DNA of 61,562 nucleotides, the filler included, from Choristocarpus tenellus KU-1152 (lineage: Eukaryota; Protista; Phaeophyceae): assembly GCA_964200185.2 (NCBI GenBank). It is 7 parts of 7 records of this genome, joined end to end, with 100 filler letters (N's around TTAATTAATTAA, not from the genome) between each part and the next. Parts side by side here need not be neighbours in the genome. Positions count along the whole stretch, not along the records: positions 1 to 17,587 come from CAXNAD020000660.1; 6 more parts are not named here. The stretch is one strand, 5' to 3'. The notes under the pieces were generated by a model. The model was given only the letters and a program-made list of their open reading frames with translations. It was not told the origin of the DNA and did no database searches. The translations under genes were made by a program, and so were the position numbers. Shown one piece after another: positions 1 to 15,100 of this stretch (the stretch's first letter is position 1; every line of letters starts with the position of its first letter).

Positions 1-24
1 CCCCCCCCGCAGATACTTTGGGTT
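1..24 (+). mobile_element. MITE-A right terminus (truncated by contig start)
   Basis: CCCCCCCCGCAGATACTTTGGGTT matches the right TIR of the copies at 48547-48722 and 22546-22726. Confidence 0.7.
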
Positions 25-115
25 ATAGACAAGACATAGACAAGAACTCAACAACAACGCCCCAGTGCAGAAACAATAATATAACAACTTCCTTCTTGGC
101 TGAGAACAAACTCAC

Positions 116-3100
116 CTTCACAAACTTCACAAAGTCATGGTTGGGTTCCGTGCGGGACTTGGGGTCAAACACAATTGTGTAGCTCACTGCATCCTCCACC
201 GAGACATCCCAGTATCTGCAGTAAAGAGTCAACAAAAATTGCAAATAACAAATTACCAATACCAAGCAAGTAAGACAGTAGATATACAGACCAGCTACAA
301 TCAACAAAGTGCGATGAGAGGGAAACTTGCTACTTTGGGTGAAGGACTCAAAATATACATTTTGTATTTCAAAACATAAATTAGCCACAAACAGGAAGAA
401 AAAATATATTCTATGTCCCTCCACTCAAACACCACTTTGGCTAGTACATGACTAAGAAGCATATGCTTTATAGGCCTCATGGTGGTCTTAACCTCTCACG
501 CTCTTAAAGGATTTACTTTATCCTTCATAATGTCGTTTACTTTGCCAGTGTGGGGTATGGAAATAGACCATTCACTTGCCTGTCAGTGTTGTCCATGTAT
601 GGGTGTAACGACTCAACAATTGGCTTGCGCTTCCCTTGACTGTCTGGGTATAGCATCTGTGTGGGAAGCTTGGCCTCCACATCCTCTTCACCATCCACAT
701 AGATACGACATCTGGATCATTTCATTCATGTTGACGGAAAATGAGAGGGCTCACCAATGAGCCAAGCAGCATTTTGGTGTAAATCTCAACATGACACTAC
801 AAACCTTTCAAGACGCATCAAATATTCCAAAAATACACGTCTAACCAGCTTCCAGAATTTGACAAATACTATTGATGGCACACTTCAAGTCAATATCTTC
901 ATGTCATGGTACAAAACAACTCAACTTGGGGCCAAAAATCTATAATTGATTGTAATTGTTTAATCTTAAAAACTGGTGTAGACAGGTTACACCATACATC
1001 CACTCTTCACCTGAATCGTTCAAATAAAGTGATGTTTGAGACAAAACCATTGCAGAGAAAATATATTGCATATATATATATTATATATATATATATATCC
1101 CACACACAGTAGTCAGGCAAAAATAAGAAAGACTCTCTATTATCATCATTGTGGATGGTATTTGACAAGTCTTACTATTATCACTATCACTATCACTATT
1201 TAGAAGTACCAAGTCAAACAAAGACTGCATATTCCAACTCTAGCCCCAACCCTAACCTGTTCTTGGCCTGTACCACTGCCACATGTGTCCATGTATCAGC
1301 CTTGACCCTCTTCTTCCCATTAAGGCTGAAAATTTGATCTTCACCCGAATTTGCAAAGTACCTGGTGCAATGATGCGTTTTGATTGATTGCGCCAGTTCA
1401 CATAATCATACTGTAGCTGTTGCTTCAAAAAAAAGGTGCTTGATGCTTCAGATAGTTATGATTGTCATCAAGACAACACTCGTAGTATGTTACATAGTAT
1501 GTTATATGAAAAATTATCAGGGTACCTGTGAACAGAAGGCAGCCACATGCCATTCACATTTATATTATGATCATATTTGGAAGGCTTTACACTGGACCAG
1601 ATATTTGTCACATGCCCAGGCCAAGCTGGCTAGGTAAGAAGTATTCTCAAAGGACCACACCAGGTCCGTAAAACATTTTGCAAGGGTAACCTACGAGCCA
1701 GCTAGGAAGACTGATTTTACAAGGACTGAACCAGGTCTGTAGATATTTTGTGGGACTGGCTTGTAGGTCAGCTTAGACAAGATGGATCTGTACAGGACCA
1801 GATCAGGTCCCAGTAAGATTCTAAAATACATTACATATATTTCAATGTTTGATGGTGTAGGGTGAAAGAAAGAGGCTGACAACACTAGGTTGAAGTTTCT
1901 CTCTTTTTTGTAGAGTTTTTCAAAACGTGAGCAGATTTTACTCATTATCCCTCATTCCGTCTGATCACATTTATTTTTATTCTTGTAAGATGGAACAGTA
2001 CGATATTAGGGTTAGGGTTAGACTAAACGATATTATGAAGGATTAGAGAAAAAAATAGTATAAAGGATAAAGTAAACGATATTATGAAGGATAAAGTGAG
2101 CAATATCATAAAGGATAAAGTAAAAGAAATTATGAAGGATAAAGAGAACAATATTATGAAGGATAAATTAAACGATATTATGAAGGACAAAGTAAACGAA
2201 ATTATGAAGGATAAAGTAAACGATATTATGAAGGATGAAGTAAACGATATTATGAAGGATAACGTGAACGATATTATGAAGGATGAATTAAACGAAATTA
2301 TGAAGGATAAAGTGAACGATATTAAGGACAAAGTAAACGACATTATGAAGGATAAAGTAAACGATATTATGAAGGATGAAGTAAACGATATTATGAAGGA
2401 TAAAGCAAACGATATTATGAAGGATAAAGTGAACGATATTAAGGATAAAGTAAACGACATTATGAAGGATAATTTAAACGATATTACGAAAGATAAAGTA
2501 AGCAATATTATGAAGGATAAAGTGAACGATATTATGAAGGATAAAGAAAGAATGAAAGGCAACAGTGGGAGGTCTACCAAAACACACACAGTTACACTGT
2601 AAGGGTTAATTAGGATGGGTTCACAAGAAACAACCGATTTGATCCACAATTGCAGATCCTCATCATCAAAAGGTTAAATATTCTCCCTATTGTGATCACA
2701 GTAATGAAGTGAATGCAGAACATTTACTCTTAGTGGGAATGAGTGGTGTATACTAATGTCATATATTAATATTGTATATTAATATTATATATATGACTAT
2801 ATTCTCACAAACAAAAAATGTGATCTCTTGTGTATGCATGCCATTCCTAACTAGAGCAATATGATCCCCCAGTAAAATACAACCTGACATGACTTACTCT
2901 CAAAAATACAACAACAATCCTAACAGTGGAAAATATACATTAATATACAACATTAATATACCAACACGTTTCTTCTTTACTTGACAATACCTAAGCTTGG
3001 CATCTCCCTCTAGGGCTAGCCCAAAGCGGCTCCATGCGTCCCTAGCCCTAGCCCCCTTCATGTACACCAATCCCTGCATGTCGCGGTCCACCCTGATCAC

Positions 3101-6100
3101 TTCCCAAACCTTGCACATGCAGTAGAGTCAGGGTAAGGGTTGAGGTTAGAAAGTGAGAAAGGTTCACCAAAACAAGTGGTTGCTTATTAATTAGAGAAAA
3201 TATTGGACATTTCAGTAAGAATGAAATTGTTCTAGTTCACAAGAATCAAGTACAGTGATTATCAATAAAGAACTACTTTTGTCCTCGGAATCTTATCACA
3301 ATCATTATCAATGCTAATATCCAACCCAAACAACTCTTCGTGGTACAGGCTTGCACACTAGTTTTCACTCTAGTTTCCACTCTAATTTCACTCTAATTTC
3401 ACTCTAGTTTCCACTACGAAGAAAAAAAAAGTGTATTCCACAAAAACACTCAACAAATGTTTCTTAGGGCTTGATTTCAAGAAGAACACCTTTCGTTGAG
3501 GATCTGTTGGAATTGGACCTCCAGGACTAATCTGCACTGGTGCCCCCATACTGTAGTTGCCCTGGTGTCCAGATGACTCCCACTTCACATCCACCTGTGA
3601 TAACACACAAATAAACAACCACAACAAAAATAATCTCTAAGTACCACTATTACTTGTGAGTAGGGTGCTAGAGTACTCTGCACCTTCTGCACATTCCCAG
3701 AACATACAATTTTGATAACATACAATTTTTCCAAACATCTCAACGTGCTAATCGTAACACAGTACTTTTCTTTGAACTGCATGATGATATCAAGGATGAT
3801 ATCAATGATAAGAACAAGAGAACCACGTCAAAAGGAAAAACACTGATGATACATATTTCAATCTGGACAGCAGAAAATAATATTTAATTCCCAAATGCCA
3901 CCAGCTAAAAAAGATATCCCATCGCATCCACACAAAACTCCCACACCATCATAGACAGCTATCCAACACAGACACACACAAAACCAAACAACAAACTCCC
4001 TCACCATGTTGTTGCTCTCAGAAATAACCTTGCCCAGCCCACCATTTCCATCCTCTGTCTTTCCAGGCACCCAGTCAGGTCCTCTTGCCACTAAGTCATC
4101 CTTCTTGGCAGGAGCATCCCACAGTTCAGGCTTGTCATCCAACGGACATCTATCTCTTCGCAACTGATGAACAACAATGAACAATAACAATAACAATAAC
4201 AATGAACAATAACAATAACAATAACAATGAACAACAACACCACAAAGTTCACCATCACAAAAAAGAGGTGGGGGTGGTAAGGGTTTTCAACTTCTTAACA
4301 GGTAGGAGTACATTTGTATCATCATTTTATCATTTCCTTACGTGCTACCTTATGTATCACCCTATGTACTAATACAGCATAGAGTCGAAAATTCCTGAGA
4401 AGGGAGTGTGTTTTGGATGTTTTGAGTTTCAATTATTCTTTTTTAATGATACAAAAAAAACAGACAACAAGATGTGGTAACAGAAGTGGACAAGACAACA
4501 AGACAGGGGCATGAAGCACATCTCAAATCCAGCGCCTGTCGTACCAAGTCATGCCTTCACAAAAAAAGGACATACCTTGAATTAGCTAGTCCATAGGAGA
4601 GAGCATGAACAAGATTAACAAGCATTAATAAACATGAACACAACCTAAACAGGTAAAAAAACATCAGAGGTTTCTCCAAGTGGTGCTCTTGACCTAACTG
4701 GATTTCATAATATTCTAAAAGTGATGTCTGGCCCGGCCAGGTCTTTGAAGATAGTTCATTACGAGTCTTACTTAAAACAATGATAACCACTTGAGCATGC
4801 CAGGTCCTACAGAGTTGACACAACCCTCAAAAATCTGTTGGGCTCTGGCACTAATCACACAAACAAAAGAGAGGTGGTATCTGAAACTCTTATTTTTATC
4901 TCTATGAACAACTAATTGCAACCAGCATGTAATACAACCCAACACAAACTGCATTTGGAACATGCTTACAATCTCTCTAGAAAAGACAACAAGGTATACT
5001 CTGATACACAAACAAAAACAACACACAACACACAACACACAACACACAACACACAACACACAACACACAACACACAACACACAACACACAACAGGAAATT
5101 GCCATCTATAGTATTCCTCCTCACCCAGAGCGACACCGTATGCCTCAGGCCCATGTGGCGATGAGGAGCAACACACCCCACCACATCCCTTCCTATGCGC
5201 ACACCCCCAGGAAGAACAGGGCTGCCCCTAGGTTCCAACTGCTGAGAGGGTGACCTTGTCCCTTCTCCCCTTGGCCGCAGAGATGATGAAGATGACCAAG
5301 AACTATTAGATAATTCCCAGTGGGCGTATAATCCTCTCCTGAGACTCTCATTGCTCTGCTGTACATTGGATGAGGCCCTGTCCACCTGTCTCACTAAAAC
5401 ATCCTGCAGTCTGCAGAGAGAGGACAGAGAGGTGGGGGAAGGACCAAGACCAAGACCAAGACAGCGGGATCAAGTACATTTTTTTTCTGAGTAGTGAGTG
5501 GAACAGAGGACCAGATACAAAAAAAATGAAGAAACAAATCACTTGATGAAAGGGAAGGTCAGCAACCAGTTACTTGTTGATGTAGATCACTTAAGATAAA
5601 ACAATAGTGACGATCAGTCTGTTCTGTATAATACCTCACCCAACCCCCAAAGTCACAGTCCTACTTCACCCTACACTCCATCTCACAGCAACAAAAACCA
5701 CCCAGTTATAATCCTCTACACATCCCACCTGTGACTGAAATTTGACACCATGCCCACTCTTGCCCCCTCCCCCTGCCCCTCTAACCCCACACAGCGCGGG
5801 AGCAGCAGTTCAAACAAGCTCCACGCTGCACGCCGCACAGGGTCCTTCAGATCCATATCATGGAAGACCCCAGTGTGGCGTGGGGGTGATTTGGGGGGAC
5901 AACTGCCTGAAACTGTAGGAAATGTCCCCTGAAAGGGAGCATGGTTTGAAGTAACCAAGTCAAGTGTACTTCGATTCACACTGGTAACCACCCCAGAGAG
6001 GGCATTTTTGCCACCCTGATCAGTGTCCTTGGTACCATCATTCACCTGCACCCCTTCAAGAAGACTCTCAACAACCTTCACAACAAACAAAAGGTACATA

Positions 6101-9100
6101 TGGAAGGTAGGTATCAAGGTGGTTAGGAATACGGACAAGGGCAGCAAAAATATCGGGTTTGGACTTTTGGGTTATTCTTATTGGAATCAGATGTTTAAGG
6201 ATTGAGTATGAAGAAATATATTATGTCTCGAAATGAGAGCCAAGATGTGAGGTAATGGATGTTGGATGTTGGAGAATCAATACTGAAAATTTATGTGTCA
6301 GGATTAAATACATGCTGCAATGCAAAGATGTATACAGCATGAATCCTTACAATATTTTCCACTGAATGTGAGGGGAAAATATAACTCTTCAAAGAGAGGA
6401 TTTCTATATGAGGTTCTGGTAATGAATTTGGTGATAAAGATTGTTCTCATTTTGTGATATGAAAATGTGCACAGCATGGCACCTCATGCCAACTTTACTC
6501 TAAACAAGGAATACTTGTGAACAGTCAAAGAGACTGCAAGTGTTGATTCAATTGGGGTATTTGTCACAATATGGTCACATCATAAAATATGCTCTGTGCT
6601 TACGGTTAGGGTTATAATGCAGTGTGGTGATTTATGAGTTTTTTTAGTGGAAATGAACAACTCTTGAGAAATAGATATAAGTACTCTTACTGGGCCATCC
6701 ACTAAATCCGAAATTTCCCTAATTTCTGCCAACCTAAAGCTGTGGCATCAGTGGGACTGTGTGAAGGCTGCAACTTTATTGCTGACAAGAATAGGAATAT
6801 CAATCAAGAACCATGTATTCAAAGAAATCTCAAATTGACTGAATTGGTCATCGTCCAGGACTATAGCAATTGCTCAATCTTCAAGATATGAAGCACAGTC
6901 AAAAGAGTCCCAATAACTGTACTTGCAAGAGTGTCCAGTGTACAGGTTTGCTTCACTGCAATGCTCAAACAGCATAATTGGATGCTTGTCATATCAGGCA
7001 CTTTCCACATTCAGTTATAATTGCCATCAAAACACAGAAATGGCCCAAAGGTCAACAAAATTGTTTCACCCGAAACCACAAAATTGTTTTGCACCTTGTC
7101 CAACACTCAGTACCCAGTACTCAGTACTCAGTACTCAACACCCAACACGCAAGGTCCTTAATCACCTTTGTACAACCAATAAGTGAAAACGATGGCATTC
7201 TACACCCAAATAAATTTACTGTACAATTGCATTACAGTCCAGACGCTCACCTGAAGTAGATCTGATTGGTCAAGCATATGATGGTCGTCAGCATCGTAGT
7301 CTAAGGAGATGGACTGAAGAGCACTCACTGCCAAGGGCTGCATTTCGACAGAGTCCTTTTTGTCCAACTTAAGATACTCCTGGAAGGCCATAAATTCAAC
7401 AGTTTCACTACAACATTAGTAGTACTGGCGGTGCTTAACCACTGAATCGATCTCATTAAGCGGAGAGTTAAATTAACCAATCAATAAACAGGTACACTAC
7501 CCTTGTCTCATTAGTCTTCATCCTGTGCATTGGAGAATAAACTCGAAATTTTGTAGATAGCATTGTAAATATCTGTTGCTCCGGTCGATCATCAGAGGAT
7601 ACAAAATACAGTTCAAAACCCAGCACCTTCTCATAACACAAGGCACACCCCACAATACTAACTTTTCTAGTCCCACAACATGTGTGAACTACCATCACAT
7701 CAGTGCTTCAAAAACACATGTTTTCCCAATTCATCAGCAATATTTCACAAGCACACCACTATCCACTACACCACAGTTAGTTATATACAGCCCTCAATGC
7801 CACACAGAACAATTCAATTCAATATCACACATTGGACATCCTCAGTACACAAATATCAGAGGAAGAGCAAGGTCTTCACTGCTTGACAAATGTCTACTAC
7901 CAGGACATAGATGAGGGGATGGTGAATTGAAGCGTGGGATTATAAAGGGTACATACATACCCCTCATGGGCAAAACATCTGGCGCTATTAATATTAACAT
8001 ACTCACAAATCAGTGTAGAACCTGGCCCTGACTGACATGCAACACACCTTTAGAATGAAAAGAGCCCTCCCCATTAGAACCTTGAAGTGATTGGCTAAAG
8101 AGGACTGCGTCTTGGGATCACACCCTTCTACACAGCTCAGGAAGTGCACATGTGCACCAGGCCTTTCATTCCTCTTGCAGTCACGGATAGCTTGAGCTAG
8201 GCTGACCAGTATCCATGACTGGAAAGTGATATGTGTTGTAGATGAGCAAGCAAGGTGTATGGGAGGTACATATTCAAATTTCAATGTTAAGACCCTCACC
8301 ATATGCCTAAAATCAAATGACATGCATCAATGAGTAATCAAACAATGAGTAATGAAGCATTATCCATAAATACACTTGGTAAAAAAATGCAAGCACTATA
8401 TACATGTATGCTACGATCAACACAACTGCCACATCTAACACTGACAAGAATAGGACATCGTTATGCCCCAGATGTGTTACTTCATGTACTACCAGTACAC
8501 TTTAAAGAAGTAATGCTCCTCTTCTAAGTGCTACTGTAACCAATCAACTTATTTTTACACCAAAGTGTAGGCACCAGTAGTGAAAAAAGGGTTGAAAATA
8601 AGAAACGTTATCGAGGAACCTAATACAATAGAATAAGAGGGTCACTCAGTAATGCAGCACAGTACCCTCATTCAACAATACTCCATAATATCACTGTAAC
8701 AAACCTTGGACTGATTAGTGCCAGCACGCAGAAGGAAACGGCAAAATAGGTTAATCCCTTTAGACCTCAGCTGAGCTCTCTTATCACGCTGCCTCCTGAT
8801 CTTGAGTAGTTCTTCCACATTTGTTGGCACCTTCACAAATGTCATGATCCGTTCCGCCACTTGAATGACCAGTCCAGTGATCACATCACACCACATCACA
8901 GTACAGTACAGTACAGACTGAGCCAAAAGTATGTTCACATATTAATATCATATTAGAATCATCTAAGTCAGCGAGTGTTTCTCTTGGGCAATAAAATCCA
9001 CTCAGAATGAGATGAAGTAGATGAGAGGGAGGTTGGGAGGTACAACTGGAATGTCATCTAGTCACAACAGCTACAGTTAAATAGACATCACTTCTTCCCT

Positions 9101-12100
9101 AATGGACACCTTCTGTAAACCTCTGTACCTGTATGCATCACAATTTAACACTGAAACATGACACTAAACTCAACCTACCATGGTCAATAATGAAAATGAA
9201 ATACTATCACACTATCTCCACTTTATACAGCAATGATGTCAGAAAACCTACTGCATCCTGGACCAGAAAGATGGTAAGGGAGGCAAAGCAGATATCACAC
9301 CAACTGCCATCTCTCTAGTGGCTGCTATTGATCCATTTTTCACAGGCCAAGGGAAGCCTACCCCCCCACATCAATAATCACTATAGCTAAAAATAGTCCC
9401 AAAATGGTCCCAAACAAGAGACACAACAAAATAAAACACTAAATATAACACTAAATATAACACTAAATATAACACTAAATATAACACTAAATAAAACAGG
9501 CCATCTCACCAGACTTGAGCTCCACCTCCATTTGTGCTATTTTTGCCAGCTTGATGTTGTTGATTTGAGTATTTTTGTATTTACTCATGGCAGTAGGGTC
9601 ATCCCTACCAGGGTCCAACTTCTTGAGCTTGTTTGAGGCTGAAAGAAAAAAAATTATGTTGGCAAAATCGTGCACTGATGTCAGTCACCTCATCAGGGTG
9701 TCACCACAATTACACCACATGAGAAGGGTTAAAGTGGATTTATTTAATTCAGTCTTCTCATTGGTCGAATAGACTATTTTTTTTAAGCTAACTGTGTGAC
9801 TACTAAGGCAGTTAGGGTTAGGGTTAGGGTTATAGTTTGAACATAAATACATCTCCTCAAGCTAAGTAACTTACTAATGAGGTAGTTCAGATAGTTTGAG
9901 GAAACTCAAGTATAATCGACCAATGAGAAGGCTGAATCAATTATAATTATTTTAATTTTTCCAACTGGTATATTTGCAACCAAACAATTTGCCATGGTAA
10001 CAATTTTTCCTATTGGGGTTAGAACTGAGCCTTACATTACACCACAAAATGCTACTGCAAACACGCAACACACACATAGCCCTCAAGAAGTTAATAGTTT
10101 ATATTGGCTAATAGTTTATATTGGCCATCTGGTGGGAGTAAGGTTAACCCCAACAGCAAGCCACAGCCTTTGTTCAGTCTCGATCTCTTTATCCCCAGGC
10201 TCACCATGCCCATCACTCTTGGCGGTGCTCTTATGTCCTCCTCGCTTAGCAATCATTCTAGCCTGGGAAGAAAGTGTCAAGAGGAAGAGAGACCTCTCGA
10301 CAATGCGATCGCTCACCTGTAGGGGTATTTCAGAAGACACTAAGAATCTATGTTTGCTCCCACAGTGAACTGGTACTAATAGTGATATTCATACCCATAC
10401 TGATATTTATATTCATGCTGATACTGATATTAGAAACCTCTGCTCACACACCAAGTATAATACAAGTAGAATCATATTCACAGTGATATTCTTGCATCCC
10501 TCACCCACCATTGAGCAACAGTAGACACACTACAGAAGCTGCTATATTCCTCTCACATGGTACTGTGTGAACATGACCAAAATTGCACTATACCTACACA
10601 AAAATCACACCCTACCTCTTCCTGCAAAAAGTTGTAACCTTGAGACATTTAAGCAATAGATGAAGCTTGTTGATGGAGATGAATGCAAGTGTTTTTCTTT
10701 CAGTGACACTTTACAAACAAAAAACAAAGGCAAGTGATATTGCCTTGAATACCAAAAGATGCATCTTTTGCCTTGACCAACACACCTCTCGGATGACCTT
10801 GTCCTCTGCCCCTTTGTAAACTGAAGAAGATTTCTGAAGTTTTGTGACTGCATCATTTTGAGCATCAAAATCACCACTTCCACTGAGGGTAACTGAACCT
10901 GAACCCCTCCGTGTTGAGGTCTCTGCAGCCACCGCCTGTGACAAGTTCCAAGAGAATGTAAGACCAATGAACACAATTGCAGCTAAGTGAGCACATAAGT
11001 TGAAATTTTGATATTGTGTTTTGAAACAGGGCCATACCTAAGGGGAAAGAAAGACTACTGAATGAGTCATCTTGCCCAAGTAGAAACTCAAACACACCTG
11101 CAAATAAGAAGCAACCATCTATCAATACCTAGAGATTGCCTTCCATCCCGCAAACTCAACCACATATTGGCTTTCCTAGTCCAAGATACACATTTTTTAA
11201 GATACACATTATTTTCCTTCTGTTCGTAATCTCTTCACATACCTTCACATACCTATAGCCATCAAGAACCTTATTTTGTGCTGAGGGCAATAGAACATCA
11301 TATTTTCATAATATTTTGAGTCATGCACATCTCACCTGTTGCCTCTGCACCTCCTTCTGCTTTGTGATAGCTCCTTGTACATCACCAAGGTTGAGATATC
11401 TTCGTATCTCCTGCCCAAACCTCCATGTCTTTTTCAGGGCCTAATAGAACAAATGAGAGAGACACATCATCAAAAAGGGATAGAGTAAAGGGATAATAGA
11501 GATTAAAAGAGAAACCAAACAAAAAATAGGAGTGATCCTAAGACCTTCCCACCTGGCATTGAAACATTCACAATGGCAGAGGTATATCCATCACACATCA
11601 AATCACTATCTGACCAGAAAAAACAAAAAGCTTGACTTGGACAGATCACACAATTGTTCTACGTATGATAAAAATAATAATGATAGAATAATAATGATAG
11701 AATAATAATGATCACACTTACAAGCGGTATAAATCAAACATGGGCAATCCTTGAGATGGTACACTTCGCAGCATAACCCGTCAATGTTCAAAGTCAAAAC
11801 TAAAACTAAACCAAAAAATGCACAATAGCCCAACACAATACTGGAAAAGAACACAAGGTATACCCTATTATGCGCCATATAGATGCACACGCATACACAA
11901 CGGACAAAATTAGTCAATTCCACTCATGACCTACCTCTGAAGGTTTTACAACCTTTTGCAAAGCAAAATCAAGAGCATCACCCGCCAGTCCCCTGTGATA
12001 TATGAGCGCTGCACAAGTGGCATAAACTGCCCTGTTCACATCAGGCATATTCCCCTGATCACGTTGGACGCACCCTTTCATTTCCTTACACAGCCTGACC

Positions 12101-15100
12101 CAAGTGTTGAGTGTTGAGTGTTGAATTTTGAGTTTTGAGTTTTGAGTTTTGAGTTTTGAGTGTTGAGTGTTGAGTGTTAAGTGTTAAGTGTTGAGTGTTG
12201 AGTTTTAAGAGTTTTGTGTATTGTACATGTAAATGTTGACAAAACCAGTTTGATCATGATATACAACATATACAGCGTGTCATGATAGTTGTGGTCATAG
12301 GTAGACATTTGCACTGGTGAAGACTGCCCTATCAAACTAAAGACATGGAACACAAAAGGCCATCTATCTCCTATTGGAATAATGTAATTAGCTCACTGGA
12401 TTAAAACTCAAGACATATGTGCCAAGATTCCTTCACAACACAAATTATAAGGAATAACCCCATTACATGTCACACACAGTACATGTGAATAAATGTTCCT
12501 TGTTTTTGAACATAATACTGCTAATGTTAATTAGGAGGATTACACCTTTACTTAAACCAGTACAGACAAGAGTCTGCTGTTGTGTCACGATGATCCCTTC
12601 ACTTGCATTTTTTTCCTCTTCATGATAGCTTTGGCAAGGTATTAGTCAGCATGGAACATAATATCCATTATCTTATACAATTATGTTATACAACACGAGA
12701 AATTGAGAGCAAAGGCTTTATGCATGATACAGTAGTATGAAGAAGACAATGCAAGCACACCAGCAAGAGAGAATAGACGCAAGGCAACCACCAAACAATA
12801 ACACTAGTTGTACAAACACTGCACCTTCCTCATGCAAAACACAAAAATTAGCAAGCATTAAATACTTTCTTAGTACGTGCATTAAATACTTTCTTAGTAC
12901 ATGCATTAAATACTTTCTTAGTACATGCATACCCATCTACGGCATCTAGCGCTTACATAGTATCATAACATTTCACAATTGAAATTGGCGCAATATAAAA
13001 TGTTGGTACCAATCCTCTGTTTCAATACCGTAACATATTTGCTAGGTGCTACACAAATATTTCTTTCACACCTGTATCCAAGGGAGCCATCCTTCCTATC
13101 CACCATCTCCCTCAGCAACAAAAGCTCATCTTTATCCTGCTCTGTCTCCAACCTTACACCACCTGTCTCACTCTGGTCAGTTGAAGCTTTCATTGTCCGT
13201 CTGACCTCTCTTGTCTCAATACCCCCAGAACGCACTGAACAAATTGTTTCTCGCAACGAGGAGTCAATGGTCAGGGCACTGGCGCTTTTCAAACCCTCAG
13301 TAAGGCCTGTCAGCCCACCATTCAAGTGTCTTCCTAATGATACATCAGGTACAACCATGGAAGGTGCAGGTGAAGATGTAGCCAGAAGTGGAGAATCCAG
13401 AGGTGATATCCCAGCCAACAACTCGTCTTCCATCCTGAATAAATGAAGCAATAATCAGCAACAGAACAATTAGGCAAAACCTAGTAAGATAATTGCAAAC
13501 TGTAGAAGCGACCCTAGGCATATTGACTACTCTACATCCAAACGACACTTGATGAACACCAAGCCAATGGGACTCTGCACTCCTAACTGCAAAATCATCT
13601 CAAGTCATGACGTTTTCCAAACTGGATTCACGCCCACCATGGTGCAGTGTCGTCTTCTGACTTCCCAGCCCACGGCACAGACGTCACGAGTGAAGCAGCA
13701 AGAGCTGCACCAAAACTGGCAAGTTGTAAGTCTAGATTGACAAGCCAATGAACATTTTCGCCACTCCTGAGAGACCTCTGCTTGTTCCCCCAAAGGCCCC
13801 AAGAGAACAAGAGAACAGCAAACAGAACACCCCAAAAGAGGTAGTATCATGGTGGGTCAAACCAAAATGAAACTGCAATAGGGACCACAGAAGTCCTTGT
13901 CACCTCACATACCATTACCACTGTTCTTATACAAATACTGACAGGAAATGTGTAGCACTTCAACACATTGCAGTACAGGGTGAAGTCAAAACTTCGACAC
14001 TAAGTAAACAGCAACTCACGTTTGTTCCTGTGTACTTCCTGCAAATGCCATAGTAGTGCACGATACATATGCATGCCCCACCATATATGGAAAGCTGTGA
14101 AACAGCTAAAATTTGAACCCTTGAAACAGATGAATTATACTTGTACTCTATTCTTCATTCCAAAAAAAATCAAACAGCACCAATTCCTGCACCCAGTAAC
14201 TACACCCTATTTTCAAGTTTTTTTTATTTCAAGTTCAAGTTCAAGTTCATTGTGAGCATTTCAATGTGAAAACCAACACAGTCAACAGAGTAGGACATTA
14301 CAAACGTCTTGCATTGCCAACCTCCAAATAAAATGTAGATACACAAATATGATCAACTTTAGATATCACATTGTTCTCACGTTTTTCACCCTGCCAGTGG
14401 CTGTAAATCTCCATCCCCAGTACTGGTTGGTCCTGTCAGTCTTCCATTCTACCCATGCACGGTCCCCCTCAATGACAAGGGGTGCAATGCCACGCAGACC
14501 AGGAAAGTTTGATTCGCTCCCTAGGCCTGAGAAGCAAGGGGTGCCTGGATGCCAGCTCTTTGTCTTCTCCTCATCTTTCCAGAAGATGAGGTAGTCATAT
14601 CTAGTCCATGTCAGCATGGACAACAAAAAAGGAAGAGAAAGTTTTACAAGATAGCTCCACTCCAGTTCAACAAACAGATACATACTTCTTGGTTAATGAA
14701 TAAACAGTGCCAACTGTGTGCTCAATTCAAGAGGAAAAAAAATACATAAAAAAAAATCAATGTGAACAGCTACCTACTACTGCTATACTACTATCATGCT
14801 AGAACTGATGCCTCTATGCGAAGTAACAATGGGGCAATAGAATGGAAGCAGTTTCAAACAGACTATTGCTACTTCTAAGAATAAAAATTGAAAAATAATT
14901 CAGTGCAGTAGTTCGATCTTGAGTTGCTTGTGTTGCATCCATCATATTCTAGTATTACGGGCAGAGAGCTCTCTGGAAATATTGAAATTATCGCAATAAA
15001 GCTTATGAGATAAATGAAGCAACTGTGACCCTGGAGATGACACCATGGAACATGAATAGTTTAAATTGAAGTTCAAATTCGACTCACGAGTTCTCAGTGC

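Noticed and set aside
2024-2545. CRISPR-like array
   Set aside because: Units are contiguous with no unique spacers, there are no cas genes, and the context is a eukaryotic intron.
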